64,000 bases of DNA. Origin: Cenococcum geophilum. Its lineage: Eukaryota. A program made the translations under genes and the position numbers. Each line of letters opens with the position of its first letter. Within the stretch, counting starts at the first letter, position 1. The notes beneath the pieces were generated by a model that made no database searches, was not told the DNA's origin, and saw only the letters and a list, made by a program, of their open reading frames with translations. Positions 37,071 to 50,350 of this stretch are shown here, piece after piece. The stretch spans positions 11,222,001 to 11,286,000 of the forward strand of contig CP158635.1 in assembly GCA_050273025.1 (NCBI GenBank), in the 5' to 3' direction.

Positions 37071-38214
37071 TCCTATTAGTCTAAGTGGCGCAGAAATAAG
37101 GTAAATAAGACCACAGTTCACCCAATTACGTCAGAGCAGAGTGTATCTATAAGGAATATAAGGCAAAGAAAATCGGTAAGGCCTTAAGGCAACGGGGCAA
37201 TTATATAATTAACGTGCGTCTTTAATTACTGGGCGTAATTGCTCTATATACCACCAAGCGTCTATCCTCCCCCTACCGTAATATTTAATATTAGACATAT
37301 TTAAGGATTTCTTAATAACTGCCCTCCCCTAAAAGCTAACGTCAGCTCCTTAATAAAGGGGTATTACCATAGCAATTACTTCTTTCTTCTTAGGGAGCGC
37401 TCTATACCGTAAAGCCGAAGAAAGATTAGAATTTATTACACGCTAAGCTGCCGCTAAATTTACATAGGAATGTTAATATGCCCGTAGCTTATAGCTTATA
37501 GCCTTCAAATAGTAACTCTATTTATTTTTAGGGATCGTTTATAGAGGCTATAAAGACAACACCAAGACTTAGGCTAGGCCTACCCGTGGGATCTCTAACA
37601 AAAAAATCGTTGCAGCTTGGGGGTTTCATAGAGTCTTGCATTGGCTTCCGCCATAAGTCTATTTCCGGAAGTTTAATAAGGCGTTAAAAATCTAGCCTCT
37701 CTATGGTGGTATTAGTACGTTAATACTATTATTTTTTTTAATTATTTGCGTAAAAAGCGCCTATATAAGGAGGCTATAAATATTCCTTCCCGTTTAGGAG
37801 AAGGGGCTATATTATTAAATCGGATAGTAGCTACGGGTCATGCCACTAAGAACGCTAATATAGCCATAGCTACATTAGCGCTTTTAGTAGCGCCCTTTAA
37901 ATAACCTTAAGGTATAAGCTTCCCCTAAACACATCTATTTCCTAGCAACCTTTCTATATTTATACCAACGGCCTTTAATAATGGGCGCTAACCTTAGTAG
38001 GCCTAAATTCCAAAAATTTACACATTTATTATTTAATGAGGCTGTAAAGGATAAAGAGGTACTTTAGTTAAGTATCCTTTATACAAATTCGCTAACTCTT
38101 CTATAAGTTTAAAGATCTTATTACTTCCTTAGTCTAGACATTACCTCTAGAAACAAAGCAGGCTTTAGGATCTCTTATCTTAAATAATTATTTAGCATCT
38201 AATCTTTCTTAAAA

Positions 38215-38475
38215 AGAATCACAAGCCGCTAAGCTTCCGTTTAATGCCAACGGTCCCTTATTAAACGACAGCTTAATATTAAACCCCTCTTAAAATGGAC
38301 TATAAATAACTAAGTTTCCGTCTAATACTAACGATCCTTTATTAAACGACAGCTTAATATTAAATCCCTCTCAAAATGGATTATAAGTCGCTGAGCTCCC
38401 ATCTGGTGCCAACGGTCCCTTATTAAACAACAGCTTAACATTAAACCCCCCTTAAAGAGAACTACAAATTATTAA
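38215..38475 (+). repeat. 81-bp tandem repeat, 3 copies (27 codons)
   Basis: AACG(G/A)TCC(C/T)TTATTAAAC anchors at 38249, 38330 and 38411. Confidence 0.9.
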
Positions 38476-39630
38476 GATTTTAAAAGGTATAAGATTTTAG
38501 TACTTGCTGAAAATAACGCCAGAGTAGCTCTATATTAACCCTAAAATCTAAAAGTAGTATATAGGGTAAACCAGTAACTAGACTCTCCTCTTTACTATAC
38601 CTATAGCCCAGTTATAACTATAAGAAAACACTATCGCCCACTCCCAACTATAAAGAGACTTTATTATCTACTTACAACCTTAGGGAGTTATTAGTACTAG
38701 CTTAGGTGCGCTATATAATGCTACTATACTTATTAAGCAGAATACTCTTATTAACTCCATCTATTAGAGATTCCTTATAGTGTTCTATAACGGACTATAT
38801 AAAATAGTTAAAGATACGGAAGTACTAGCCGTACTTATCTCCAATAGCACTAGGATTAGGCTTAAGGAGGTAAAGGAAAAAATAGATAGTTAGGTTTTAG
38901 ATAGTAGAAGGTAGCATACTCTAGCACTATCTCTTAGTTAGGGTTCCTTATTTCTACTCCTAGAATTAATAAGTAAGTACCCAAATATCTAAAAAGGTTA
39001 AAATACTAACAATCTAGATAGCTTTATCTGCCGCTAAGTAGTTATAACCGCGAGGCGGCAGTTAACAAACTTAAACTTTTAGGTATTATAGAAAATGCGC
39101 AGTCTAAAAAGGTAGACAACTTAGGCGTAGACAAGCTAAGTGCTAACGAGCTCAGTATAACGATTAAAGACGGCTTATTAAACCCCTTTAAAGATATTAT
39201 TAAATCTATCTACTACTAAATAACAGAGGCAATAAATACTCTTAAGCGGGGACGGCGCTTAGTTGCGAATAAAAGCCACAGGTCTAAAAAAGCCCGTTAC
39301 AATATCCCCTCTACCGCTCTAGTAGTTGCTTAAGACACAATTTTAGGTATAGAGATAACTAGACCTAGCAATAAGAGCCACTACTTAGCGGACTACGGCT
39401 TAGCACTATAACCGGGTCTCACCCAAGAAAGGGAAGATGGCATAAGTAGGCCAACTATAGACGTATAAGTCCTAGTTACTAGCCAGAGCCCTAATTTAAT
39501 ATAAGGAATCTTTCCGAAATCTTCCTATAAAGGGAACAACGCAAGACTAGGCGCGATTATCAGCCCTATTAACCCTCACTATAATTTATATATAAACTCT
39601 CTAGTCCGTCCTACTAAATACTAGTAGAGT

Positions 39631-39950
39631 GGGCTATATAACTACCTAAACCCGCTACCTACTTAGGATCCTTCTACTCTTTATAAATTTTATAAGGGCG
39701 GGCTATATAACTACCTAAACCCGCTACCCGCCTAGGATCCTCCTACTCTCTATAAATTCTATAAGGGTGGGCTATATAACTACTTAAACCTACTACCTGC
39801 CTTAGATCCTTCTGCTCTTAATAAATTCTATAAGGGCGGGCTATATAACTACCTAAACCCACTACCTGCCTAGGATCCTTCTACTCTTAATAAACTCTAT
39901 AAGGGCGGGCCATATAACTATCTAAACCCCCTACCCGCCTTAGACCCTTT
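39631..39950 (+). repeat. 69-bp tandem repeat, about 4.6 copies (23 codons)
   Basis: GGGC(T/C)ATATAACTA anchors at 39631, 39700, 39769, 39838 and 39907; unit approximately GLYNYLNPLPA(Q)DPSTLxKFYKG. Confidence 0.92.
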
Positions 39951-41939
39951 AAGTCCTATTTATTAAGGCTAATACTAAGGGCTGCCAGATACCGGATCGA
40001 TAAATAGCGCCCTACCCACCTCTTATAAGAATAGTAGATTAGCAATAAACAGCTATATTAATTCCTTTTTTACCGCTTTCTCTATAGGGTATAATAATAG
40101 CTCCAACCCATAAGCCTTAGCAAATTCTAGCACCTTAGGCGTAATATCTTCCTTAAATTTTAATAGCATTCCGGCTTTCAACTATGCATAACCCTTATAT
40201 TCTCCTCACCCTTCTATAGTTACCTACGAGATAGTATTTTAATAAAGCCATATAGATATATACGCGAGCCCGCCTCCCTTACCTTTAAAGTACTAAAGTA
40301 TATCCTCCGGCGCAGCTAGTATATCACCGCTCTTAAGCTAAAAGGGCTGGAAATTTCTTTCCCTTAAGACTTAAAATAGCGGAAACCTATTATCCTAATC
40401 CAAATTACTAAGTACTAATATCACTATAGCCGTATTCACTAATCCGCGTATACTAGGGCTAGGTTTTTCTAGTTTTATATATACTGCTAGAAACGAATTT
40501 TCAAGTAAGAGCTTATTGGAGGTAGTATTAAGTATAATAGCGGTATATTCTTTAGCTTTCTAGTTCTTATTTATTAGCATAAATCATATATTATAAATGT
40601 TAACAGTACCTCTAGGTACATAGAAATAATCTTCTCTATTTTTAGAGGGGTGCCTAATATATAGAAAGGCTCTAGAAAGTTACGTAAGGAATAATATTCG
40701 CCCTATATTACTAATTGTTTATATAAGCTATTCATATCTTAACTCTCTATACTATAAAGTATCTTTAGTATAGTTATAGTGGTGCCTATAATAAGTAAGA
40801 CGTAAGTATGGGATATAGATATGTTAAACAGCGGGTAATAAAAAGTAATTATAGTGGGGCTGATTTCAGTCTAGGCAGTGCCCCTTAGCATAAGCATGTA
40901 ATATTTAGACGTCTTAAGGCTATTACTTATACCTATTATAAACCTCATTCCTATCGCTCTAATAAGAAACGTTATACTATAAACCCTTTTACCGGCCTCT
41001 TTTATATATACTGCTATAACCAATATATAAGTCGCATATTACTTTATAAATAGATACCTAATATCTCCACGCAGATATATAGGCGGCGCCCCTTCCCCTT
41101 CCCGTTTACGTATTTCCCGCTAGCGTATATCCTAATAAGACCCTAGATAGTATACTGCACGCAACCTTTAACCGGCCTCCGTTATACGCAGCGCCTCTAG
41201 ATAATAAATATGCAGCTATATCAATTCCACCTACTAATTCTTATTTAATCCTAAAGGCAACACTTATAGGCAAGCAGCTCTATAACTAGCCTCTCTATTT
41301 AGAACAGATATACTAATATCTTACCCTCTGCAGTTATATATATAAATTCTCCCTAAACTTCCTAGCGCCTAGAAACCTCCGCAGATGCATATATAGCTTA
41401 CTCCCTTATATTTAGCGCCTCCTAATTTACGCCCTACTCTAAGATATATTTATAATATCTTCTTATCTTATACCGTCTAGAAATCCCAATTTAAGCCTTA
41501 AACATCATTCTTAACCTTTATCAATCTTTACTACCCACAATACTAACACTAGCCCTATATTCTATAAGTGTTTAAAGCATAGCTAGAGGCGAGGCGATAT
41601 TCGCCCTATAGGGGCTTCCTATTATACTAGTTCGCAACCTCTATATATATATCTACGGCACACCCGCCTTTAATTTAGGCTTTAATACCTCTAAGACAGG
41701 CATTTACTAGTCTTAATCACCCGCAGCACTAGCATTAGTAAGGCATTAACACGCCTTCGTTACTACTATATATATATACCCTAAGCTAGCTTGGCTAATA
41801 CATACCGCAATCTATACCTTACTATTAGATCCACAATATTAAGCTGATATTTTAGTAGCGACGTCCTAAACCAAAATTTCGCCTTTATTTAGCTCGATAC
41901 TCTATTAGAAAAACCATTTTTATATATTTACATTCAGCA

Positions 41940-44900
41940 TTAAATCAATCTCTATCACACTTTTTGCCCAAATAGATCGATAATATAGCTTTGACTATTT
42001 TAAAAATCTTCTCTATTAAACCAAGGATAAAGTAAATAGAGTAAGGGCTCTAGAGAGTTGCGTAGGGAAACTCCATATCGCGGTAGCTATAAAATAGTAT
42101 CGTCGCGCAGACTCTTTACTAACGCGTATTTTAAACTTACTATACCTAAAATTTAAACTTCCTCGCGACACTTATCTAAAGCTCGTAAGACTTTATTTCG
42201 AGCTAGGGTTAATATAAAGGTTGGATATAGGATATATAAGAAATTTTCAAAATATATTTATAACTCTGGCAAAGTAATGGCTTTCTTAATTATTTCTCCT
42301 AGTTTAACATTTTATTCGCTAATATACTACTTATAGTCGGAAATACTGCCTTTAGTATAGGAAAGTCCTAATACTTAATTAGAGACGCGCTATTAAAGAA
42401 CTTAAGGCTAAGTTCCTGCCTAATAAATTTAGAACTGTTTATCCTAAAAACATAGACCATCTTACTAGCTTATTAATCTAAGTTTACAAGTCCGCTTGTC
42501 TTTACTTCGATCTAGAACAGATTCCCGCTATATTTAAGAAGTTTCTACCCTACTTTAGCATTATTAACCTAGAGCATGCATATATAGTAATTATATTGCT
42601 TAATCTATTATTCCTAACAGTCCCTATAGAGCAGACTGCTAAAAAGCAACAATGCTACCTACTAACTCTCTTTAATGCTTAGTCCTAGGTTACTTGCTTA
42701 TAGTTTACTAATAAGAATTTTATTAATCTATTTTCTAGGCTTATTAAAAACTCTTTACTTATAAGACATATCCTATTCTTAGAGTATAGTGTCTTTACCA
42801 ATTAACAATCTGCGCTTATTTTTACTACTATTTTACGGCTTCTTAACATACCTAATAAAAACTTAAACTCTACTTACTAATAAGTTAGAGAACATTCTTA
42901 GAGAGTAAGGGCGTAACTTAAATCTAACACTAAAAGCCCTCCTACTGCCTAGAATGTCGCTTAATTAATTATAATGTCCTTATCTCCCGCCTATTTAGTC
43001 TATTTAGACTCGGTTTTATTAAAGCTAGAAACCCTCCTATAAGCCGTTAAGATATACTTCTATCTATTAAATTCTAGCGACTGGACTCTAACCTTATCGT
43101 AACTAGTCTTCCATTTAGCTAATATATTTGTCTTACGCTAGAATTAAGAGCGAAGTAGTAAGATAAAGGTATTAGATAAGAGGAGACTCGATAACGCTCT
43201 TAAGTATTAATTCATACTATGCTTACGGGAGGCCGTATTTATAGGAATTTTCGCTAAGACACCTTCTGCTATAGAACTTACTATATTAACTCTTCAACTC
43301 CTAGCCTTTTTTAACTAGGACTTAATCCTGCCTAAAGCCCTCTAGCGGATATATTTAGCCATCTAAGGCCTAGTTAAAGTCTATAGAACAATACCCTTAA
43401 TCTAAGCGTTAAGCGTACTGTTTAACATTATAGCAAAGGCGAAAGGCTATAGGTGTTACATTATAACACTCCTTAGGCTTATCCTTCCGGGTATTAACAC
43501 TAATAATTTAAAGAAGATATTACACACATTATCCTACATAGAAGTTATATCCTATATAGTACCATTCTATAACCTAATAAAGGAGAAGATAGCGGGTTAT
43601 AATAAGCTAGTGTAGGAAGATAATATAAATACCCTAGCGGAATACGACTTATACCTAGCTAAGCGGTAAATAACTAATTAGATCGTCCGGTTAGAAAGCG
43701 GCGACATTAATATTAACTACAAGAAAGAGTTAGACGACTATTAGGAAAAAGCAATTCTAAAGTCATCCACTGTAAAAGTCTTAGGATTTATCGTATTACT
43801 ATTTAACCGGGTCTTTACCCTTTTGGAGAAGTTAGAGAGGCCTAACAGTTTCCATTTACATAGCGATCACTTAGAAAATAAGGTGCTGTATATACTTAGA
43901 AGAGCATCTACTATATTTCTTACAGTATTATCGCCGGATTTATTTAATATAGCGCTAAATAGAATCGCCGGATTTGTAGCAAGTACTAGCTTTTAGCAAA
44001 TAAGATCCGTAGTGGGTTTTTTATGCAACGCATTTATAAAGGTTAACCCTAGAAAGTCTTTAAAGCGATTGCTCCCCCTTCTTATTACTAGTATTTGTAG
44101 AGAAATCGATATTTATAGAGCTAGCATAACGGCAGATACAGAGATACTACTAGGGGATTGTATATTAGTGTGGACCATACATCTACTCGGTTATTCCTTA
44201 ACTAAAGTTAAAGACTCTGTCCTTACTTAGAAAAAAGAGCTATTTGCTATTATTAAGTACGTACAGCTAGAATGCAAAGGGAGGCCTAAGATAATTGCCT
44301 CCGATATTACTAGCCGTCTCCTATATAATTTAACAGCTATATATATTATTAATTACTTAATCTATAAAAAGGACAAACTTAAGAATAAACTTATAATGTA
44401 AGCATAGGGTAAAACTGCCAATTTAAAGCATGTTATATAGCACAAGCTAAGTAATAAGGAAATCAACTTTGCAGCTAAACTATTCAGCTCGTAGTGCAAT
44501 ATAGTAATCGATTCTTTAGCTAATTTAACTAGACCTACGCCATTAATTAAATAAGACGGTACTAGGAAAGAGTAGTCCGACGAAGTATCTTAATACCTTT
44601 ACCTTCTTTAATTAGTAATGTCAGGGATCTCAACCCTTTTTAATCCTAGGGCTAACCATAGTAATTCTACTATAGGCTGTGACGCCTTACATTAAAGGGG
44701 CGGAATTAACATAGATAGTGATAAAGACGGTACTAATTTAGCTAAAACGGAGGACAAGGAGCTAACCTTCTAGCATATATTAGGTTACCCCTTAGATTAA
44801 GGAGGAGAGAATTACCAGTTGGTCTACAAGCTGCGCCATAAAATAGGTAGAATTATTTATAAGACCCACTAGTTTCTATTTACAGAGTAGTAGAATAAAC

Positions 44901-47637
44901 CGCAATGCCTTAAGGCGTTATATAATGCATCCAAGTCATAGTTTACCTAAATGGGTTCCTACAATGACGAAATGTCTAAAAGGTTAAAGATTTTCAAAGC
45001 TTGGCTTACTCTATTTAAGTTTAAAGGGCTCTAAAAGGAATATCTAAGGCCGTTACTTATTAAGCGGGCACAGTTATATCATTTTTAGAGGTTAGACTAT
45101 AATGTGTACTTTAGGCCCCTAAAGGAACTAGAGCTAACTAAGCTACTACTTTCTAACCTTATTAATTTAAGCTTGTTTACTTATAAGGAAGTTCACCAGA
45201 GCACAGGGAATATACTTAATTAGGTAGTGGGCCAATTTCTAAGGACCGTACCACTTGTTATTCTACCACTTCTAAACGCATTTACACGAGTAGTAGAGGG
45301 GGAAAATTCTATAAGCATTAAAGGCGCAATAACCTATTTATTATCCAGCTGTATACAATCTAAAATTTCCCAGCATTAGGGATACATTCCACGTACCATA
45401 AAAGCCTGCGTTAAGGCTACTCAAATTAAGAACAATTCTATGCAGAATCTTTTAAAAAATAAGGAATGGCAAATTATAGACATTATTAGACCTTAAAAAT
45501 GCATAGTTATTCACCAGTATAACTTTAGAGAGGCCATTATCCCAGAGAAAGTCAAGGCCCAAATTTAGGCAAGAAGTGACTTTATAGCGAGCGAGAAAGT
45601 GAAGTTATTAAGGGATCTTATCTAATTAACTAAGGAATCTCACTAGAAGATAAAATAGTATCTAATTATAAAGATTATAGAAAACCTTAAAGTTACCTAT
45701 AGTTTAATTACTTCTAAAGCGTTTATTAACATAATTATAGAAGCCTCTATAGATTCTTATCCGGACCTTTATTATATCTCTTAATAGGTTATATATAAGA
45801 TCTTTAAGTTAATAGACATATAAATCTTCACCAAACGTAAATACAACAATTATCTTCAAGACGTCGTCTCAAACCCTAATAAAAACCCTTAAACTAACTC
45901 CGGTTATAAGTCGGATTTAGGGTCTAAGACTTCTACTAAAAAATACTATACGGATAAGGACCCTCAAACGATAATATAGAGTAAATCTCTGCAGGTAGCA
46001 CGGCTTATTACTATAGGAGTTATATATAACGACCTTAAGGAGAAGGTATTCTCCTGCATTACGTAGCGATTAGATTAAAAATAGCTATTAAAGTAATTAG
46101 AGTTTATAAAGATAGAACTAGATTACGAATTCCAAGAGTCGCATTATATATTAATTTATTATATATGTCGGCTTTTCTTAACTAGGTCCAACTTTATAGA
46201 TATTCGAAAATTCGTAGAGAGTGTTTTTAAAGCGTATAGTGACGAAAACTACTACGGGGTCGCTGTAGAAGCTATAACTGCGTTATTCCTTCTTCCTATG
46301 GTTTTAGCCCTATACACACTAAAGACGTTTTAGGAATCCGTCTTATCTAAGGCTAGAACGGTTTTATAAGAGCGGTTAGCTAATAAGAATTAAGAGAAGT
46401 TTTTAAGGCATATAATAAAAGACAACAACCTAAGACAATTCTAGCCACTTATTAAACCTATATTTTACATTAGCATAGAATCTAATATAGCATCTTAAGA
46501 TTCCCTTTAGATCAGTCTACTAGGCTTAATTATTCACTATACTAGTCCACGATATTTAGAAAAGTAGGAGATTTTACAAGGCTTTATAGAGTATCTTAAT
46601 TATCCATATAATGCTGTCCATTTAGCGACAGGTATAGCGCTAGCTTGTATAATAACAATTAGCAAGTTATATAAGGATATTAACCATCTTATTAACGCAC
46701 AGATAAAATATTCTTTAGTTAGTATCTAACTGTATTAGTTAATAGATAAGGAATCTATAATAAACGCTAAAGTCCTTCGCCGACTTAATATATAGCAGAA
46801 GCACAACCAAGATTCTTACGTCCGGGCTATACGCACCCTTTTAATATAGTAGGATACCTATCTATCATCTTACAGTTATACTTAGCTACTTAATTTCCCG
46901 CACAAAAGGCTTATCGAGCTTATCCTCTTTATAGTTGCTATTAATAAAGAAACCAAACTCCTAGTAGAAGAAATCCTTAACAAGCTTTCCAATGTCCCTT
47001 TCCATATAGATAAAGTTGGACCATTTATCTCTATTTTAATCTATATAGGAGCTAAGGCAGAATCTTAGCGTTACCAGTCTCTCATTCTATAGTTTATAAA
47101 TATTTTTAACTACCGCAACCTGTTCCTTATATCGGACAATTAGCAGTAGGACCTTATTAAATATATTAACAATATAATTTTCAATAAGCAGCCAGAAGTC
47201 CAAGCTAAGGCCGCTAATACGCTTACTAGTATAATTAGGGCCTCACCTATAGTGTTTAGTATTAACCGTCGGCGGTAATTATATATAGTGATATTAAAAA
47301 AGAACTATTAACAATAATGGCAAATTCATAGCGCAGTACTCGGCCTTAGTGCTTTACTACTAGCATTCCCATATTAGACAGCCCTAGCATTATAGCAACG
47401 GAAAGTATTAGTTATACTTATAAAGACCTCACGCTTAGGTTTAGGGCTAGTAGACAATAGCGTAAAGGAAATTTTAGCAGTCTTTAAGAAGAAGAGATAA
47501 GATACATAGCTTAAGGATAGAGAAGTAATTATCCCTTATTAGATAATTCCAAATAATACTAAATCGCCTATTAGGGATTCTCTTTAAATCGGCTAGAGGT
47601 CTTAGAAGATATATAACCGATAAGCTACTTCGCCTAA
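41940..47637 (+). pseudogene. BLM10: Blm10/PA200 proteasome activator homolog, full-length, RIP-inactivated
   Basis: FDYFKNL..KLHIAV..LKFKLPR..LKLVRLYFEL (about 41990-42215). DWTLTLS(Q)LVFHLANIFVLR(W)N (about 43078-43143). GINTNNLKKILHTL (about 43490). HSAVLGLSALLLAFPY (about 47327-47375). Spliced C-terminus ending SYFA-stop at 47637. Confidence 0.9.
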
Positions 47638-49259
47638 AACTATTATCCCCCTAACCAGCAAATAAAGGATAAGAGGTAAGTAAGAAAAGTAAGGGAAATA
47701 TAATAGAAGTACTTAATAAGAAGGCAAGTAGAGAAACTAGTAGGTAGTATAGTCGTCATAAATTAATTTAATAAAAATTTTCTTTATTTTTATTAGGTGC
47801 TAGTACAGTATATAGCTACAAGGCGCATGTTATTTGTATATAAGCTATATACTGCGCATATAACCTAAAAGACCTCTTCTATACCCTTACACTGAGACGC
47901 CCCCTTTCCTTAAGGATTTGTCTCTTAGTTTCTTACAACCTACTAATATATCCTATTATTCTATCAATTAGACTCCCTATCTACCTCGTGCCTTATATTA
48001 ATAAATATTATACTATATACTATATATTAACTAGACAATTTAGAATAAGAGCTCTATCTTTTAAAATAAGACTTTAGAGCCTCTAATAGAACCCTAAAAC
48101 ACGTTGCCCTTCTATATACGCCTACCACTATCTAATATCGGCTCGCTAAATCTAAATAGACGGAGTTTTAACTCTAATAAATACAGTAGGGATAAATACA
48201 GACGCAAGACGTAGCGGTTAAATTAAGATATAGAGGAAGGAAGCGGTAAACAGGTACGGTATAGAGTGAAACAGGGCGAATACTTATAGCAACCTAGTAG
48301 TCTATAGGCGATATACCATTCTAAAATCTCACTAGGCACTTTAACGCCACCTATGACCTATCGTCTATCCCTTCCCCTTTAGAACTAGCATTGCTAAATC
48401 TATTAAATAGACCGTAAATATTATATTCGTTTCCTTAACTAAATTCTTTTAGGTGCCTTATAATGGATAAAGCCCTATCTTTATAACTAGGTCACGCGGT
48501 TAACTCCGCTTAATATTAAGGGATTAGCTAAGACGTTGCCTAAATACCCTCTTACATTAAGGCGCTATATTTTAATTTATGCTTACTAAGCTATAAGCTA
48601 AGCCTCGCTTTAGGTATTATTAGTAAACGTCTCTATTGGCAACGTAATGCCTATTAACTAGCTTTAGTAAAAGAGTATATAAGACCCCCTTATACAATTA
48701 CAGCGCGTTAGTAGACTTAATCTAAATAAAGAGTAAATTGGGTGGCGATGCAGGACTATATTAACTATATTAGTGGGGCATAGCACGCGGGCTATAATAG
48801 AGAAGTGAGGATTAGATAGCTTAGCACCAAACTTATAGAACGAAAGGGCTGCTATAGATAGGTGCGTTATTAGTAAGGGAATTTCTAGTTAACCCGCTTA
48901 GTTAACTAATTTGCTAAAGCTAAAAGCGTATATATTGTATAGCTAGACACTAAATAGGACGTGCTAATGCTTTGGCATTGCATACGCCTAAAAACCCATA
49001 GCTATATAATTAATACGCGCGTTTAATAACAAGGCCTAATTAATCATTTTCGGAGCCCTTTAAAATCCCTAATTTTGCGTCGCGACTATTTTATATACGG
49101 CCACTACCGGTGTATAGAATTTGTTAATAAAGGCCCTTAGTTACTATTAGGGCTATATATATATATTATATACTTCTCTATTAACTAATTACTTAAAGTA
49201 ATTTAAAGATTATAAATATTAAGACAATATTTATTAAATTTAACGACACTATTCTAATT

Positions 49260-50350
49260 ATAAATATTAACCCTAAACCTAGGCCATTACTTCTTAAACG
49301 CATTCTCTCTTATCTACTCTCTTATCTACACAATAACGGGAATAGCCGCTATTAAAAGATGCGGTTTAATAGAAGTGGGTAGTTTTAGGCTAAGCTATCT
49401 ATACCTACTACTAATTAACGTTTAGTTAATAACTACGTTAATGGCATTCCGAAGGCAGCAGCAACTATATCTTTAGAGCCGCAATTTATAATCTTTTAGC
49501 GGTTCGCACTAGAATTAATATAAGTCCTTTTATATTACTAGTATAAGGTTAGTAAGGCGAAAAAAGCACTAAATAATTATAATAGGGAGCGTATAGGCGA
49601 TATTATATCCTTTTATAACAAGGAACGAAATAAACTCTTAACTGCCTTAGATAGTGCGCTTTAGGACTATAATAAATTAACCTAAATACAAACTTATGGC
49701 TGTAAACGGTAGCTAATATATCTAGGTATAAGGGTGGCTCTTACCTAATAAATACTTAGCATCCCTAAGCCTAATAGTCGAGATATACACAGCTTTTTTA
49801 ATCTCTTTTATAACGACAAAGAGGTCACAGAAGCGTTTTTTTAAATATTACACAGCTCCTATGTCTGACCTGTTTATACTCAGTACTCGGCGGGATTCAT
49901 AGCTTTATACGCTATTAGGTCATTCAGCCTGCCGATCTCTATTTCTAAAGGTATTCTCACCGCATCCTTAAGCCTAAATATACTAATTAAAGTAGCGTAT
50001 CTTGTTAACGGCGGAACAGATAGCAAGGTTTAATAATATAATTATTAATCTAATAGACAATACTAGGATTGTTTATTTAATCCAAATTATATACTATCTA
50101 TTCTTAGTTATCTTTCTATAGTCACTATATTTTACTATACTTTCTAGTACCATTATTCCTTTTGCCACTATATTACTCATTATTAAAGATATATCATTCC
50201 ACTAAGCATTTGTTCCTATTGCAGCGTATATCTTAAGCCCTGTTTTTCTCCTTTATAAACACTAAGGTAGCATACTAACCGGAAATCTTATATAGGTTTT
50301 GCATCATATATAAGGTTATAGCTAAAAGCGGCGGTAGCCTAGTTATAACA
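49260..50350 (+). pseudogene. DUF6594-like membrane protein, RIPed
   Basis: YVNGIPKAAATISLEPQFIIF.RFALEL..VLLYY(Q)...LL..LDSAL(Q)DYNKL...PNSRD, matching the recalled GYPxxAxxxxxxPxxxIFRRF pattern. Hydrophobic 3' part. Confidence 0.55.

Noticed and set aside
39631..39950. CRISPR-like appearance of the 69-bp array
   Set aside because: Contiguous units with no unique spacers, a period divisible by three, and eukaryotic context.
41000..41600. Ankyrin-like LIEYRASV motif on the minus strand
   Set aside because: No TPLH motif or 33-aa periodicity.
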